From: Eledone cirrhosa
Taxonomy: Eukaryota
Reading direction: 5' to 3'
DNA length: 64,000 nucleotides
Assembly (NCBI GenBank): GCA_964016885.1
Contig: OZ024747.1
Location: forward strand, 34,968,001 to 35,032,000
Shown here: positions 13,235-28,139 of the stretch, in pieces
Layout of the letters: each line of letters begins with the position of its first letter
How positions within the stretch are numbered: the stretch's first letter is position 1
The notes under the pieces: model-generated
Databases searched by the model: none
What the model was told of the DNA's origin: nothing
The model's input: the letters and a program-made list of their open reading frames with translations, nothing else
Program-made: the position numbers and the translations under genes

Positions 13235-14430
13235 GGTGGCCTCGCCACAGCCCCGGCGGACAGAATGGAGAAGGGGTTTACCCGGAGAACGGCAAGGGAG
13301 ACGCGCTGGAAAAGCCATTCCGCCTCGTGAAGCTCAACCCTTCGGCAGGTCAGCTCAGCTCCTATGGTGGTGAGTAGGGAGATAGCCTTAGGGCCGAGTG
13401 CACCAGAAGTCTCCACTGCCAAGGGTACAACAGCAAACCTGTCGGAGAGCGACCGGTACTTGGAGAGTTTGGCTTCCTCAGTCCCACGTGCAGCAGAAAA
13501 TGGGTTAGTCGCAGACTGCACAAGGTTACGGCTGGAGAAAGTCTCGGTGCAAGCGGCATCCCAGACGAGGTTTTGCCACGGCGGAACGAGAAGATGGTCA
13601 TAGCATCTGGTCTTTTGCCGTCCCCTCGATCCAGCCCCATCGGCTCGAACTGGGAAGGGGAGCCTGCAACGTCCAAGCCATGCTTTATGACCTCGTTGAG
13701 TGCATCATGGCGTGGAATGCGGCGGGCACTGTGGTGACAAGAAAGCGGGTGGAGGCCGAAAGAGTCCACGGTGGTTCCACAGCGACATTGTTGTGGCTCG
13801 CAGATCCGGAGGCCAACTCTCAAGGAAACGCAGATGCGCACGTTATTATTATCCAGCTGCGTGCCAGTGGAGAAGGAGGGAAGGGCATAGAGCCAGGCAC
13901 CACTGTGGGGTTTATAGGCCGCACGAAAACAGACAAGGTTGTACTGTTCGAGCTGGCGCGTGAGCCTGTCTGAGACCAGGCTGCAATGGATGGCATCCCA
14001 AGTGCCTTGGGGGGGGGGGCTTGAATCAACAGGAGGAGAAGGAGAACTGACGTCTACTGGGCTAAGACCCAGCCTGTCCCACGTCTCACAGGCGGTCTCA
14101 CGTTTCCTGATCACAGAGGGTTCCATTGTGTTTTCGCGAACACTGCTGTCAAGGACGCGGCATGAGGTTACCGACGATAGAACCGCCGGCAAAGCCAGAG
14201 AGATCGGGGATAGGAGGCCAAGGCCACCATATCTGAAAAGTAAAGTGGCCTGTTGCCATCCAATGTTGTCAATGTTGACGCTGCATATCTCCTCGGTTGA
14301 TGATCAGATACAAGTATCGATGTCAGCGAGGAGAGATGCGTGGGTGTAGCACGGAGCACTGCGAAGTGTATAGAGGAGCTTCGGCATCGCGAAACAGTTT
14401 CTCAACAGAAAGAGAGCTGGCTGGCCGTCG
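13235..14430 (-). mobile_element. 5'-truncated CRE-clade LINE, same family as 1430-5130
   Basis: HSGAWLYALP...CRCG...HPLSC...RHDALNEVIK...GLDRGDGKRPD; KYRSLSDRFAVVPLAVETSGALG; clear nucleotide similarity to 1516-2710. Confidence 0.9.
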
Positions 14431-14879
14431 GTTTAGCTTACATTTCCCCTTTCCCACCTCCCTGTGAACATTTGACCGCTCCTTTAACACAATTGATACT
14501 ATTCCTAAGAATAATTGTGTTCTGTGAAAAAACACAATTACCAACACTACTTCTACTACTTCTATGAGTACATCTATATATATATATAAGGCTCCATGTT
14601 AGGCCCAGTCTTCGCAACAAACAGACCTTTTCAACTCTTAATTTAAAATTTTAAATTTTTAATTCTTTTCAGTTGTAATATTCAACATTTGATAAGATGG
14701 TTCACACTGATACATGGAAACCGTTTATATTTTATCTATTTTATATACATTATAAAACTCCTTTTTTTACAAAAAAGAATTGTTCCGCTCATTTTTTGTC
14801 ACTTGGATGAATCAAAGAAGAAAAAAAGAAAATTACATCCTTAAATATATTTTCCGCGCTACTTCCAATTCCCACCTTT

Positions 14880-14955
<76 letters not shown>

Positions 14956-15806
14956 TCACTCTCTCCCTCTGTATATATACATATGTGTGTGTGTGTGAGT
15001 GTGTGTGTATGTGTGTGTGTTTCTATATAACTGAATAAGTGATAAACATTTAGAAGAGGCGCCGAGTCCTTATTTAAGTAAGAAAAGTGTGTCGTATTAC
15101 TATCAATGTTTACAACAACCGATAATAAAAACCAGAACACAACATACGGTGATTGATGAAATAAGTTGAAAAATAACAAATATATTATATAATAATCAAG
15201 ATTATAAGGATGAGAACTGGAAACCCTTCTGTGCTCTTCATAGACATCGCCATCCTTTTCTGCCACTCTAATAATTAACGCGTTATATAATGTTACATTG
15301 AGTGTCATATGAAAATGTCATTTCTTTCCCATATTCCTATTCAATTATTCTTATAATTAATATTTTCATTTATTTCACCAGATTTAGTTTTATACTGTAT
15401 TTTCCCTGCTTTTGTTTGCATCTGTCGATTCTGATGAAAGGAATAAAGTTCGAAACTTTTAACTTGCGCTCTTTTAACGCGTTAAACTAATATTATATTG
15501 ATCGAGATTTTAAAATGAATTTAAATTTCTTTTCTATTCCTGCTGATTTTGCAATTTATAATTAACGCAAACACAACATCGTATTTGATTGGAGCACGGA
15601 ATTATATATTGGATATTGAAACTATTGGAATCCAATTTGGATTACATTCAGTTTATTCTGGTTTTTAACTGATTTGTCATTGCTTGACATTTTCTCGAAC
15701 TTACATTATTTTACTCGTTTCTTATTCTTAATAAACTACTATTCATCATCAATATCTACCTTCATTATACATACATATACATTACACATATATATACTAT
15801 AAATAC

Positions 15807-15929
<123 letters not shown>

Positions 15930-15930
15930 T

Positions 15931-16316
15931 CAGGTAAGAATATTTTCGAAAAAGCGAGCGGGTTTGAAATTATTAATGTAAGCTATCGCCGTGTTTTGAC
16001 TAAAGAAATTAAAGAAAATTATTTAGCCTAGTAGTGGGGTTGAGAACCCTCGGAGAAATGGAAAAAGATGAATATTGACGTACATGGGAGTCTAACCAAG
16101 AACTTTGGTTATCCAGACCACTGTGCTACCATTACACCAACACATCGCCCGTCTTTTTCCATTCTAATAGGAAGATATAATCTTAGCAACTGTAAATGTC
16201 AAGTAAGAATATTTTCGAAGCAGCGAGCAGGTTTGAAATTATAAATGTAAGCTATCGCCGTATTTTAACTAAAGAAATTAAAGAAAATTATTTAGACTGA
16301 TAGTGGGATTACGAAC
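15931..16316. repeat. ~1.4-unit tandem (270-bp period) between (TA)n tracts, containing a tRNA-like segment
   Basis: 15933-16047 is repeated at 16202-16316. Confidence 0.8.
16077..16146 (-). pseudogene. Degenerate tRNA-like sequence
   Basis: GATGTGT-TG-GTGT AATGGTA GCAC-A-GTGGT CTGGATA ACCAA-AGTT-CTTGG TTAGACT CCCAT-GTACGTC; cloverleaf with a damaged T-arm. Confidence 0.55.
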
Positions 16317-17236
<920 letters not shown>

Positions 17237-17239
<3 letters not shown>

Positions 17240-18735
17240 AGCTTCAGAGAGCCAAGAAGAGGATCAAGGAGGGCAGGGCTCGTGGAGAAGTTGGAGCGGC
17301 ATCAGAGGTGATGAAGAGGTGTGATTTTGATGATATCATCCTGGGGTTCTGTAACCAGGCACTGGAGAAAAGAGTTGCCCCGAATCAGTGGAGGATCATT
17401 AACATCGTCCCAGTGCCAAAGAAGGGAGATCTCTCTAACACTAACAACTACAGGGGGACATCACTGACGTCACTTATGGCAAATACCCAAATACCCGCAA
17501 CAGGATGATTCTTAACAGGATCCAGCCTGAGATGGAGAAGAAGCTCAGGGACAACCGGAACGGCTTCAGAGAGGGAAGATCAACCACCAGTCACATCCTG
17601 ATGCTGAGGAGGATATTAGAAGGAGCTAGAGCAAAGTGCCTTCCTGCGGTTATGGTTTTCATTGACTTTAGGAAGACCTTTGATTCTGTGGACCGTCACT
17701 GTCTGATGAAGATCTTACAGGCTTATGGATTCCCCAAGAAGATAGTGGACCTGATATCTCTGCTCTACACCAACACCTGATGGGATGACAGAGTTCTTTG
17801 AGATACTGCTGGAGTGCTCCAGGGAGATGCATTGGCTCCCTACCTATTTATCATCGTAGTGGACTATTGTATGCTCCTTGCACTGGAGAAACAACAGGAC
17901 TCTGGCTTTACTGTAGCACCGGCTCAGAGCAGGAGTGTTAAGGCGAAAAAGATATCAGATGCTGAATTTGCCGACGACATAGTTTTGGTGACAATTACGG
18001 GGAAGTAGGCCGAGAATTTGATGCAGGACGTTGAGACTGTGTCGATGAGTGTGGGGCTGAGAATGAATGAGACTAAAACAAAATATCTGGTAGAGGATGT
18101 TGAGAAGCCAGAAGGGATCACTAATGTAGGTGAAGGGCCGCTAGAATTGGTTGAGGACTTCCTGTATTTGGGAGCAAAGAGTGGGAATACGGAAGATAAT
18201 GTGGTTGAGAGGAAGAACAAAGTCTGGGCGGCGTGCCACAGCTTGAGATCGGTGTGGAATTCGGACCTTCGTAAAGACCTGAAAAATCCGCCTCTTCATT
18301 GCTGTAGTAGAGTCTGTGCTCTGTACGGGTCTGAGACTTGCACACTGACCAAGAAACTCACTCAGATGGTGGATGGGTGCTACACGAAAATGCTGAGGAT
18401 GGCTCTGAACATTAATTAGTATACACTGAGGATGAAAAACTCAGATCTGTATGGGATCCTCCCAAAAGTCAGCTCAAAAGTGACACAGATGAGACTGAGG
18501 TTAGCTGGACATGTTCACCGACATCCAGAGTTGACATTGCACTCAGTGCTCCTGTGGGAGCCCCTACACGGACACACTGGAAGAGGAAGACCAAGGTTAA
18601 CGTATGTTTATGCCCTAAGGACAGATACTGGTCTGTTGGAGACGCAGGACATGGCAGCGATAATGAGAGATAGAGACCGCGGGAGAGAACTCGTCCATGG
18701 ATCTCGGGAATTTTACCCGCCCTAGAAAAGAAAAA
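17237..18735 (+). mobile_element. 5'-truncated RTE-like LINE (RT and C-terminus, frameshifted)
   Basis: IVPVPKKGDLSNTNNYRG, NGFREGRST, FIDFRKTFDSVDR, GVLQGDALAPYLF, EFADDIVL, FLYLG, LRLAGHVHR...LLWEP...GRGRPRLTY. Confidence 0.88.
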
Positions 18736-19051
18736 GAATATATAAATATATTCAAATTTTGAAGACCAACACAATGCGTATGAAGACTGTTAAATTGCCA
18801 AGATAACAAAAGAATCTTATCTTAGCATATTTAACGATCCCAAATATTTTGGGGTTTAAAATCCCATTATCAAGATCGATCGGGTTAACTTGCTTGTATG
18901 GGAGCAGATTTAAGTGAAATGAAATGAAAAGACGTTTAAATTTCGAACGTGCGCGTTGTGAAATGTATGATATTTATATGATATATGCATGTGTGAGGGT
19001 ACGTGTTTGTGTGCGTCTGCATGAATATATGAAAAGTCTGGAACCCTTTTA

Positions 19052-21045
19052 TTCCTTATTTTACATGAGCAGTTATATTCAGATTTTCCAGCGAGCAGTT
19101 TGCTTGGATCGCACATCAAAAGTATATGAAATTGTGTGCGAATGCGTATATAATAAAAAATGGAAAAATATGTACGCGATATATGTATGTGAGTGTCTGA
19201 GCTTAGTGAGGACATAGATTTAATTTCAAAGAAAGAATGAAGCTGGCCGTTCGGATGTTGGAATCAAAGCTTTTAAATTAGCTATTCTGTTGCATTTCTT
19301 TCCATTCGATTATTGATCCTAGGTTTTAATTGCTTGATTAAGAGGGCTTCCTTAATTCTCAAGGTGCCTATAAAGCGATGGGTAGCTATGATAGTGGGGA
19401 GTAATGATGCCCTTGTTCCCCTATTTGAAGATGTGTTTGCGAAAGGAAGAGGAGTTGGAGTTACCACGTTCTTTAATACGGAAATGTAACGGCCGAATAG
19501 TGCTGCCAATGTAAAGTCAATTGCACATGTTCGATTTCATAAAGATATTCTCTACCATACATTTATAGAGGGATCATCAGGATTAATTATATACAACGTA
19601 TAAAAAGTTATTAAGTACCGCCTGCTGTATGTGCGTAGCCTCATGGCTGAGTCAACAAAATACAAACAAAGTTTTTTTCTAAGGTTATGGAAGGTTGGAA
19701 TTGCCAGAAATATTTAACGGTACTTCTCATAATAGTTGTGAAAAATGTATGCTTTATATGTATGTATATGTATATTAATTCAAACGTGGGTATGTTTAGG
19801 AAGCCGGCAGAATCTCTGGATAGTTTCCTTCCGAACGACCCTTGCGATAGAATGGTCAATAGGAACTATTGGGACGAATAAATTAGAAACGTAATTTGTT
19901 TTTTTACTTTCCACATTCTTCCGTTCTGTTTTCTACCTCATCTCTCTGAATACGCTTCAGACTTGATGTTTCAAATCCTCCAGAATTGTAATGGCTTCCT
20001 AAACATACCCACTTTTCATTTTTATATTCTACAATTCTTCAGGCATTCTAAAACACCGTCATACATACATACATTTTTGTGAGTATACATGTTTGTATGT
20101 GTGTGTGAGTGAAAACAAATGTTTGGCACAGCCAAGGAGTTTTAACTTCCATCTTATGGCATCGTTTCAATATTTTATTGTCTGTGTATGCTTATCAAAT
20201 AGGTCTATTGATTAGAGTGACTCATTCATGTTTATACTTTCTTATAATACACACTTTGCTGTTGATGTGTATATATGTTACTATTAAGCGCAGAATTTAT
20301 CCATATTATACAATAGTTGCTCTATTATTTCACAAGTTATTTTCCGCATACTCTTATATAAACAATGTTTCTGATAGCCAGCAACACACTAGACATGTAA
20401 TCAATGAAAACACCCTAGCAATATCTAGAAATGAAATAAATTATAGTTTCTGTACCAATAACCTTTGTTCCTCAGTGTGCTGTCGAAGAAAATCATTGCA
20501 TCGTGAGTTGATCTGCTAAAATTACTAGACAAATAACTCTGCGATGAAAATTTACTATCTAAAAGCATTTATACTGTATCTCTTTCTCAGCTCCTTTTCT
20601 TCAAGAAGTTCTCTGTGTTCAGAGCTGGAGGGAGAGATAACTCTATCAGGTTTAAAATACCCATGCCAATATTCCAAAGACTCCAGCTATTACAAGTCAG
20701 GTAGTTTCAAAGGCGTTTCGACCAAAATGTCCCGCTATTAGTTTATACAGAATAACTAGAATCAGATAATCTGATATGTTTACTTTGAAAATAGTTTATT
20801 TAGTTTTTAAAATGCACTTGTGACGCCCTTTGGCAATATGGCGTACTTACAAGTCAAACAGTAGTTACGAGATCATGCATGTTAAGTGTTTCATTCTGAT
20901 TTCAAATTATTCTTGGGGTGATGATGTTAATAAGATTGATTTACGTCCCGACAAAATCTGTAAATATTAGCTCCTTATTTTACATGAGCAGTTATATTCA
21001 GACCTTCCAGAGAGCAGTTTGCTTGGATCGCACATCAAAAGTATA
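19052..21045 (+). repeat. Dispersed ~75-bp direct repeat (19052-19126 and 20972-21045)
   Basis: TCCTTATTTTACATGAGCAGTTATATTCAGA...TTTGCTTGGATCGCACATCAAAAGTATA occurs twice. Confidence 0.75.
19270..19420 (-). mobile_element. PLE GIY-YIG C-terminal remnant
   Basis: LRIKEALLIKQLKPRINNR is typical of the end of PLE endonucleases. Confidence 0.55.
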
Positions 21046-21614
21046 TAAATCTTAATAATTACCATCGCTTTCGGAATGAAAAACCTCCATCTAAGAGGCT
21101 GTATCTCAGCTTCTGTGTTTTGACTGCAAAATATCATTCCTGACTGTCTCAAAATGATAATTTCGCTTAAAGACTAATTGTTGGTATCCACTGTCAGCGC
21201 CTCTTTTCTATTTTCCTTTGAATAACTCTCTCCCCTCCTCTTTTTCTCCAATCTCTCTCCCTCTCTCCCACTTGCCCTCCTCCCTCTCTCTCTCTATCTC
21301 TCTCTCTCTATTTATCTCGTATTATTATTATTAGCAAGCAAATAGAAATTGTTTTGCTGAGAATTTTTGTGTAGGAAATATAAAGATATATAACAGCAGA
21401 TGGCTTAAAGATGATTTCATTACGATGATTGTGATTTATATGTTTGCTTCTTGTATTTATTTTATAAATACACCTGAATTCTCACTTTGCTTACTATACG
21501 CATCGGCATGTACAGTTTTTAGAAGTTTTCAACACATAGGGACATTTTTATAGGATTAATCTTCAGTATGTATAACACTGCGTTTAAATAATTTCCTTCA
21601 TATCAATTTGTACG

Positions 21615-21718
<104 letters not shown>

Positions 21719-21851
21719 AATATATATATAGTTAAATGCTTTGTAACTCTATGATAATATTGGTTTACTATCTTGAGTGAGCATTCCATGTGTAGGCGAC
21801 GCCTCGTTCCTATTCATTATTATTATATATATAATATATGTATATATAAAG

Positions 21852-22072
21852 CGTGGTGGATTGGCAGTATCGGTAGAGAGTCGGACGCCATGCTTTGACG
21901 CATAAAGGTACGGCCCTTGCCATTCTGAGATCAAATCCCGCCGAGGTCAACTTTGCCTTTCATCCTTACGAGATCGATAAAATAGAGTACTAGTCACGCA
22001 CTGGGGTCGATTTAATCGACTTTCCCCTTCCCCCAAAATTGCTGACCCTGTGCCCATATACGAAACCATTAT
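21852..22072 (+). mobile_element. tRNA-derived SINE, family A (long-tail variant)
   Basis: Same head and central block, plus GGGGTCGATTTAATCGAC hairpin and ATT tail. Confidence 0.9.
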
Positions 22073-22090
22073 TATTATATGTTCATATAA

Positions 22091-22130
<40 letters not shown>

Positions 22131-24070
22131 TCAAAGAGAAATCACGAAGTGACGAGAGAACTTTGGAATCGGCAATAAGCAGTGTTGGGCAGAGGAATTT
22201 GTATCTTAAAAAGTTGAGTCTGTATGAATGTTTATGGTTTCTACCAGAATGATATATTGAATTGAAAAGCTAGCATGATATTCCCTCGTAAACAATAGGA
22301 AATATCAAACTTGCTAGACATCTAGTGGCAATATATTTGAAATGTAAATCTAATAAATTGCCATGGCGTGTCTTGCACCAACTCAAAAGTTTTAGGTACA
22401 TTTACTCGTAAAATATACTGCGTCTGTACATTGACATTTGATCACATAAGGTAAAATATTGTCTTCTTATAAATATGACCCACTTTGAGTCGTTTAAAAT
22501 AATGCATTTAAATGTACGTAATATCATGTTTGATATAGCAATTATAATGTCTAACGTTAAATCTAAAATTTAGATAGCAATAGTTTAACAGACTGATAGC
22601 ATACATATATGTAAAATCATAGAAATGAACCATATTTATCCAAGCAAAGGACAATGCCATTGTTTCAATTATTCCTGTCATTCTTGTAATTATTGTATTC
22701 AGAGAATCAATTGCATTTTATACCTAAAAATAAAAGAATGAAACTCATGGTCAAAGTACATGAGTTCAAGTTGCACTTAGATTTGTTGGCACATGAATCT
22801 AGAGTGATGCAATCAAAATATATATTACCAAATGTTTAAGAAGTTTGATTCTGAACGACGTTCTCTTGAAAAGTTTTCCACTGTGAGCATCTGGAACAGA
22901 ATAGTTTTATTATCGCCTCGAGTAGACCATTTCCTTGTGAATTAAATTTGTAGTAAGTAGCTTGAAATCGTGTTGAAACTAATCGGATGTTCTACACCAG
23001 TAAATGATATTGTAATTGTAGTACAACCTCCCCAGCCATAAATCTAAAGCTATGAAAACAGTATAATTATTGTATCGACAGATTAACATTCGAAAATGTT
23101 AAAGTACTGACAATTTCATCAATTAAAACAGCCGTGTTCAAAGGCATTTCTGCTGCGGCATTCACATGATGATAGAAGCATATAAATGTGGCTGTCAAAT
23201 GTGACATTGCTGCATTTAAGTCGGTATGCAGTGAGGTATTTAATTTGTCTCATATTTTAGGTGCTCAAGCTCCCTTGTAAAAGATACATCGATGGTGATT
23301 TGTTGTGGCTCTGGCTGTAGTAATTATTGCGGTCGTAGAGCTAATGGATGTGATGTGGTTGGCAGGCCATGATGAATGCGGCAGCTTGTTAATAATTGTG
23401 GCCGTGTTGGATAGTAGCCAAATGCGTGTAATATTATTTGCAAATGCTATTCAGTATCGGTGAACAGTGGTGATAAAACGAGCAATAAAACCCCCCAAAA
23501 AGCAATAATGAAATAAACCAATAAACATAGAAAAAGTATATTAAAATATCAATAAACAATGACATAGAAAAGATTTTGACACTTTATTAGTATAAAGACA
23601 AAAAATAGAAAACTGAATTTATGAGTTGTGATGGCGTAACAAATACTATAAGACGAAACTAATGATCATAAAACAGCGACAATAAGGAAGGAGATGAGAA
23701 ACACTAATAATGTAAAGTTTAGATGCGAAAGGATGAACATTTTCCCAGCACAATCTGCAATAAAGCAAAGAAAACACAACAGCAAATAGTATGTAAAATC
23801 GTTTGTTTCAAATTGTATTATTAGCAATGAATTTTATTAAAAAACCCTTAACTTATCATTAATAACTAACAAAACAACGCATAAGATCAGGGGTCCGAAA
23901 TGTTAATTCTCAGTGTTAACGGTATATAGTTATTCTCACAACGATGAGCTCTATATTTAATGCAGTTCATAATAAATTAATATAAAACACAGCATTAATT
24001 TCAATGTTTATCTTCATTTCATTGTTAGAGAAAGCAATAATGAATGATGATCTGTAAGAAAGAATAGGAA

Positions 24071-24121
<51 letters not shown>

Positions 24122-24139
24122 GGTAAGGGAAGAAGACGC

Positions 24140-24365
24140 AGGAGGTGGTAGAAGGTCATGAAATCGCTCCCGTAAGTTTTTAATTTTTAACATATTTAAA
24201 TCAATTGTGAAATAACAATTCTTAGTACAAATGTTGCATAAACCACCGAATCAAGTCCCATAAATTTTCGGATCCATATTATATTGTTATATCGCTCAAA
24301 TATTCAATTTTCTATTATATATTTTGTATTCAAAAAAGAAAATGGTTATAAATGGAAGAAAACCC
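24140..24365 (+). repeat. Unclassified dispersed repeat (second copy at ~49765-49995)
   Basis: GAAATCGCTCCC.TAAGTTTTT..TTTTTA.CAT.TTTAAA.CAATTGTGA...TTAGTACAAAT...AAATGGAAGAAAAC is shared between the two copies. Confidence 0.7.
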
Positions 24366-24399
24366 CCTCTGTCTACACTATATAGAACATCCAAATAAC

Positions 24400-27300
24400 A
24401 GCAATTTCACCAACACCAGAAACTTGATACACCACCTACCCCATCACACTAAATATAACAGCCAGATAACGGCAACAAAAAGAAAACCCCGTGACCAAGA
24501 AATACCGGGATGGCGGCCGGCGGGGAATAGCCGTGTCTCTAGGGGAGAACGACCCCTCTAGTCTTGGTTGACACTCGTTCTAGAAGTGGTAACACGAAAT
24601 GATTACCCCTTGGCGGATAAGGATAAAACGCGACAAAATAAAGTAAATGTCTAATGATAAAATCTCATACCGGATCGGCCGTCACCCGGATAAAAAAGGG
24701 CCGCGTCCCTCAGAGAGGAACCAGACTCCGGTCGAAAAATCAGCTAATGGTTCAAACCTTCCCATCACTTCGGAGCTGGAGACCTCCCATAACCGGAATA
24801 CTCCTACTGTTGGCCCTCCATGCTCACCACCAAGAAATCCAAAGAAAAAGAGAGAAAAATGGTCAAGGGAAGATAATAAAGAAGTCCTTGAGGCTTTTTA
24901 CACTGCCATGTACTACCCATCAAATACATCGAATACAGAACAGACATATATCAACTGTAAAAAGAAACATCCCCAAAACAGAGGCTATATTGACAGTAAC
25001 AAACTAGCCAATATACGAAGAGAATATTGTAAGAAAAAAGTTACTAACTGATATAGAAATTGATCAGATCAAGCTATTAGCACAAAGTCAGCGAAGGGAA
25101 AATGAAACATGTGTCAGCGAAAACGAGGTAAATTGTAACACTTCGAATCCCAGGGTTGGGGCGGAATGACTGGCAACAGAACAAATTAAAGAAAGGATCG
25201 AAAAAGTGGAGGGAGTGCATGCTCAAGATGAAACTCCAAATGAAAATAATGAGATCGTAAATGATAAAGAAATGAATGAGAATGAACTTGCCAACTTGAA
25301 GGATGAAATTATGATCGAATGGATGAAAATGAAAGAATCTGACATGGGGCAACGAGACACCCTCCCTAACATCCAGAACTCCAAACAGAACCAAAAGATA
25401 ATACACAAGACTAACATAATTCTCAAAAACATTATCATCACAAACAAACTAAACATTACTGATTTAAATCATCTCTATTATGCATCGGCTAAAGTCACCA
25501 CTCACTTATGTGGAGTGAAGATGAAAAAACAAAGGAATTCCCACAAGAAATCTACTTGGCAAGAGAACATCAATCGCCAAATAAACCTTCTCCGATCTGA
25601 CATAGAAATTTTAACAAACTATAAAGTAGGTGAACATGTTAAACAAACTAAATTTAGAAAATTGAAAAAAAAGTACAGTATAAAATCAACAAGTGACATA
25701 GACATGCTGATAGAAATAATCAAGCAAAAAGTGTCGGCCAAAGCTCCTCGTATAAGGCGCTTTGAAAAACGATCTAGATTCTATAAGGACAATAATATGT
25801 TCAAAAACAACCAAAGAAACTTCTACAGAAAAATTGGTAAGTCAACAATAACTGCTAAATCAATACCACCCAAGGAGGAAGTGCAAGAACTCTGGGAAAA
25901 GATCTGGGCCGAAGAAAAAGTTCATAACATACATGCCCCATGGATAGACAGACAAATGAAAGGTACAGCTCACCTTGAGGAACAAACATGGTAAAATATA
26001 ACAGTTGAACAGTTGCGCTATTTCCCATTGAGCAGAAAGGGTGTAAACGAGGCTCATATGGCTGTAAGGATCAGCTTCTGGTTAACAAAATGATACTGGA
26101 AGATTGTCATAATAGACAAAAAAATCTGTCGATTGCTTGGATAGATTATAAAAAAGCATTCGATAGTTTGCCACACAGTTGGATTGAAAAATGTTTAGAG
26201 ATTTTCAAAATATCCCCCGTTGTCAGGAGGTTTTTGTCATTCAGTATGAAGACATGGAAAACGACACTCCTTTTGAATAGTAAAAAAAAAATCACTGGAA
26301 GCTGGAGAAGTTAATATTAATTGTGGAATTTTTCAGGGTGACTCTTTATCACCGCTTTTAATCTGCATCGCACTTATACCATTAAGTAAAATGCTCAATG
26401 AAACAAAACATGGATATAAAGTCTATGACAAAACCATTAATCACTTGTTCTACATGGATGACCTGAAACTATTTGCAAAAAATGATGAACAATTGCAAGG
26501 GCTATTATCCACTGTGGAGCAGTTCAGTGATGACATTAAAATGGAGTTTGGACTAGATAAATGCGCCAAAGCAACGTTCACCAGAGGCAGCCTGCTGAAG
26601 AGTTCAGACATTAATCTTGATCGGGGGAACGTGATAAGAGAACTTGATCAAGAAAAAACTTACAAATATCTAGGTGTTTGTGAAGGAGACGGAATCAAGC
26701 ACTCGACAATGAGGGAAAGGATAAGGAAGGAATGTTACCGCAGAGTAAGAGCAATCTTAAGAACGGAATTGTATGCAAGGAATAGGATCGATGCCATAAA
26801 CACGCTTGCCATACCAGTAGTAACCTACAGTTACAATGTCATAAACTGGTCAAGCACAGAGATCCGTAGGCTCGATACAAAAATTCGAAAATTCTTAACC
26901 ATGCACAGAATGCATCACCCTAAGGCAGGTATAGATAGAATATATCTCCCTAGGAAAGAAGGAGGACGTGGGTTAATCGAGTTAGACATTGCGTTGAAAA
27001 CTGCAACAATTGGATTATCTACATATCTAAGGGAATCACATGATTGGATGATCAAACTCGTTTTGAAACACGAAAGCATCAAAAGATCATATTCCATTAC
27101 AAAAGATGCACAAAGATACATTAATGGACTACAAATTTCAGAAGTCCAATTTACTGCTGAAATGGAAAACACAGAAAAAGCAAAGCAGGTAAAAGTAACT
27201 GCAAAGAAAGAACTGCTACAGAAACTGGCTAAGAAATGGCAAGAAAAGCCTCTGTATGGAAAATACCCAGAGCGAGCTAACAAAACTTTAACCCATCAGT

Positions 27301-28090
27301 GGTTGGCATCCTCTGGACTGAAATCGGAGACTGAAGGACTGATTATATCAGCACAAGATCAGTGTCTGCCAACAAAAAATTACCAAGCAAACATAATAAA
27401 AAAATGGATGCTGCCCATTATGCCGTGTGTGCAAAAAACAACCAGAGACCATTGACCATATAATTTCAATGTGCAGTCCTATAGCTCCAACCGAATACCT
27501 AAACAGGCATGACAGAGCTGCATAATACATACATTGGATAATGTGTAAGCATTTTGACCTGCCCCATCAAAAGAATTGGTGGGAGCATCAACCACCTCCC
27601 ATACTTGAAAAAGATCACATCTCAATCTTGTGGAACTTTAGCATCCAAACAGACCGAAAAATAGATGCAAATAGACCTGATATAATATTGAAGGACTTTA
27701 AAAAGAGGGTATGCCTGCTAATTGATATGTCTGTTCCAATAGACAAGAATGTATCTATAAAAACATTTGAAAAATTGAGCAAGTATAAGGACCTGGAGAT
27801 AGAAATTGGAAAAATGTGGAAATGATACCTAAGGGGTCTAATGATTACTTATCGCAAATCCCAGGAAACCCGCGTATAGGAGAAATACAAAAGATAGTAC
27901 TAATGGGAACTGCCCATATACTAAGGAAGATTCTGTCAATATAGGTACATCACAAGTCTAAACACTAAAGATGCATGTGTGAGTATGTATGTTCTTTCTT
28001 GAACATGGTGGACCTAGTTGTCTCTTGAGGTCATTGGTTGTGACTTGGTGATAACTCGTATGAACATAAAGCAAGATAAATGAAACTGTA
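24400..28090 (+). mobile_element. R4/Dong-clade non-LTR retrotransposon A (internally deleted, frameshifted)
   Basis: N-terminal KREKWSREDNKEV, RIRRFEKR..NNMF, AWIDYKKAFDSLPHSWI, GIFQGDSLSP, HLFYMDDLKLF, RIYLPRKEGGRGL, CRVC..ETIDHI, QTDRKIDANRPDIIL (RLE); (TAA)n tail. 5' boundary approximate. Confidence 0.9.
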
Positions 28091-28139
28091 ATAATAATAA
28101 TAATAATAATAATAAAATATTAATAATAGTAATAAGAAT

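Noticed and set aside
14680-14730. Hammerhead-like TTGATAAGA...GGAAACCGTT
   Set aside because: Core and stems do not fit.
20544-20741. 65-aa ORF with a hydrophobic, signal-peptide-like start
   Set aside because: Short, no recognisable domain and no supporting gene structure.
22200-24060. Host exons in the unique AT-rich stretch
   Set aside because: No long ORF or convincing splice-flanked frame found.
24485-24630. HDV-like ribozyme in the structured 5' UTR of R4 element A
   Set aside because: Hairpins are present, but I could not assemble the nested double pseudoknot by eye; needs an RNArobo or Infernal search.
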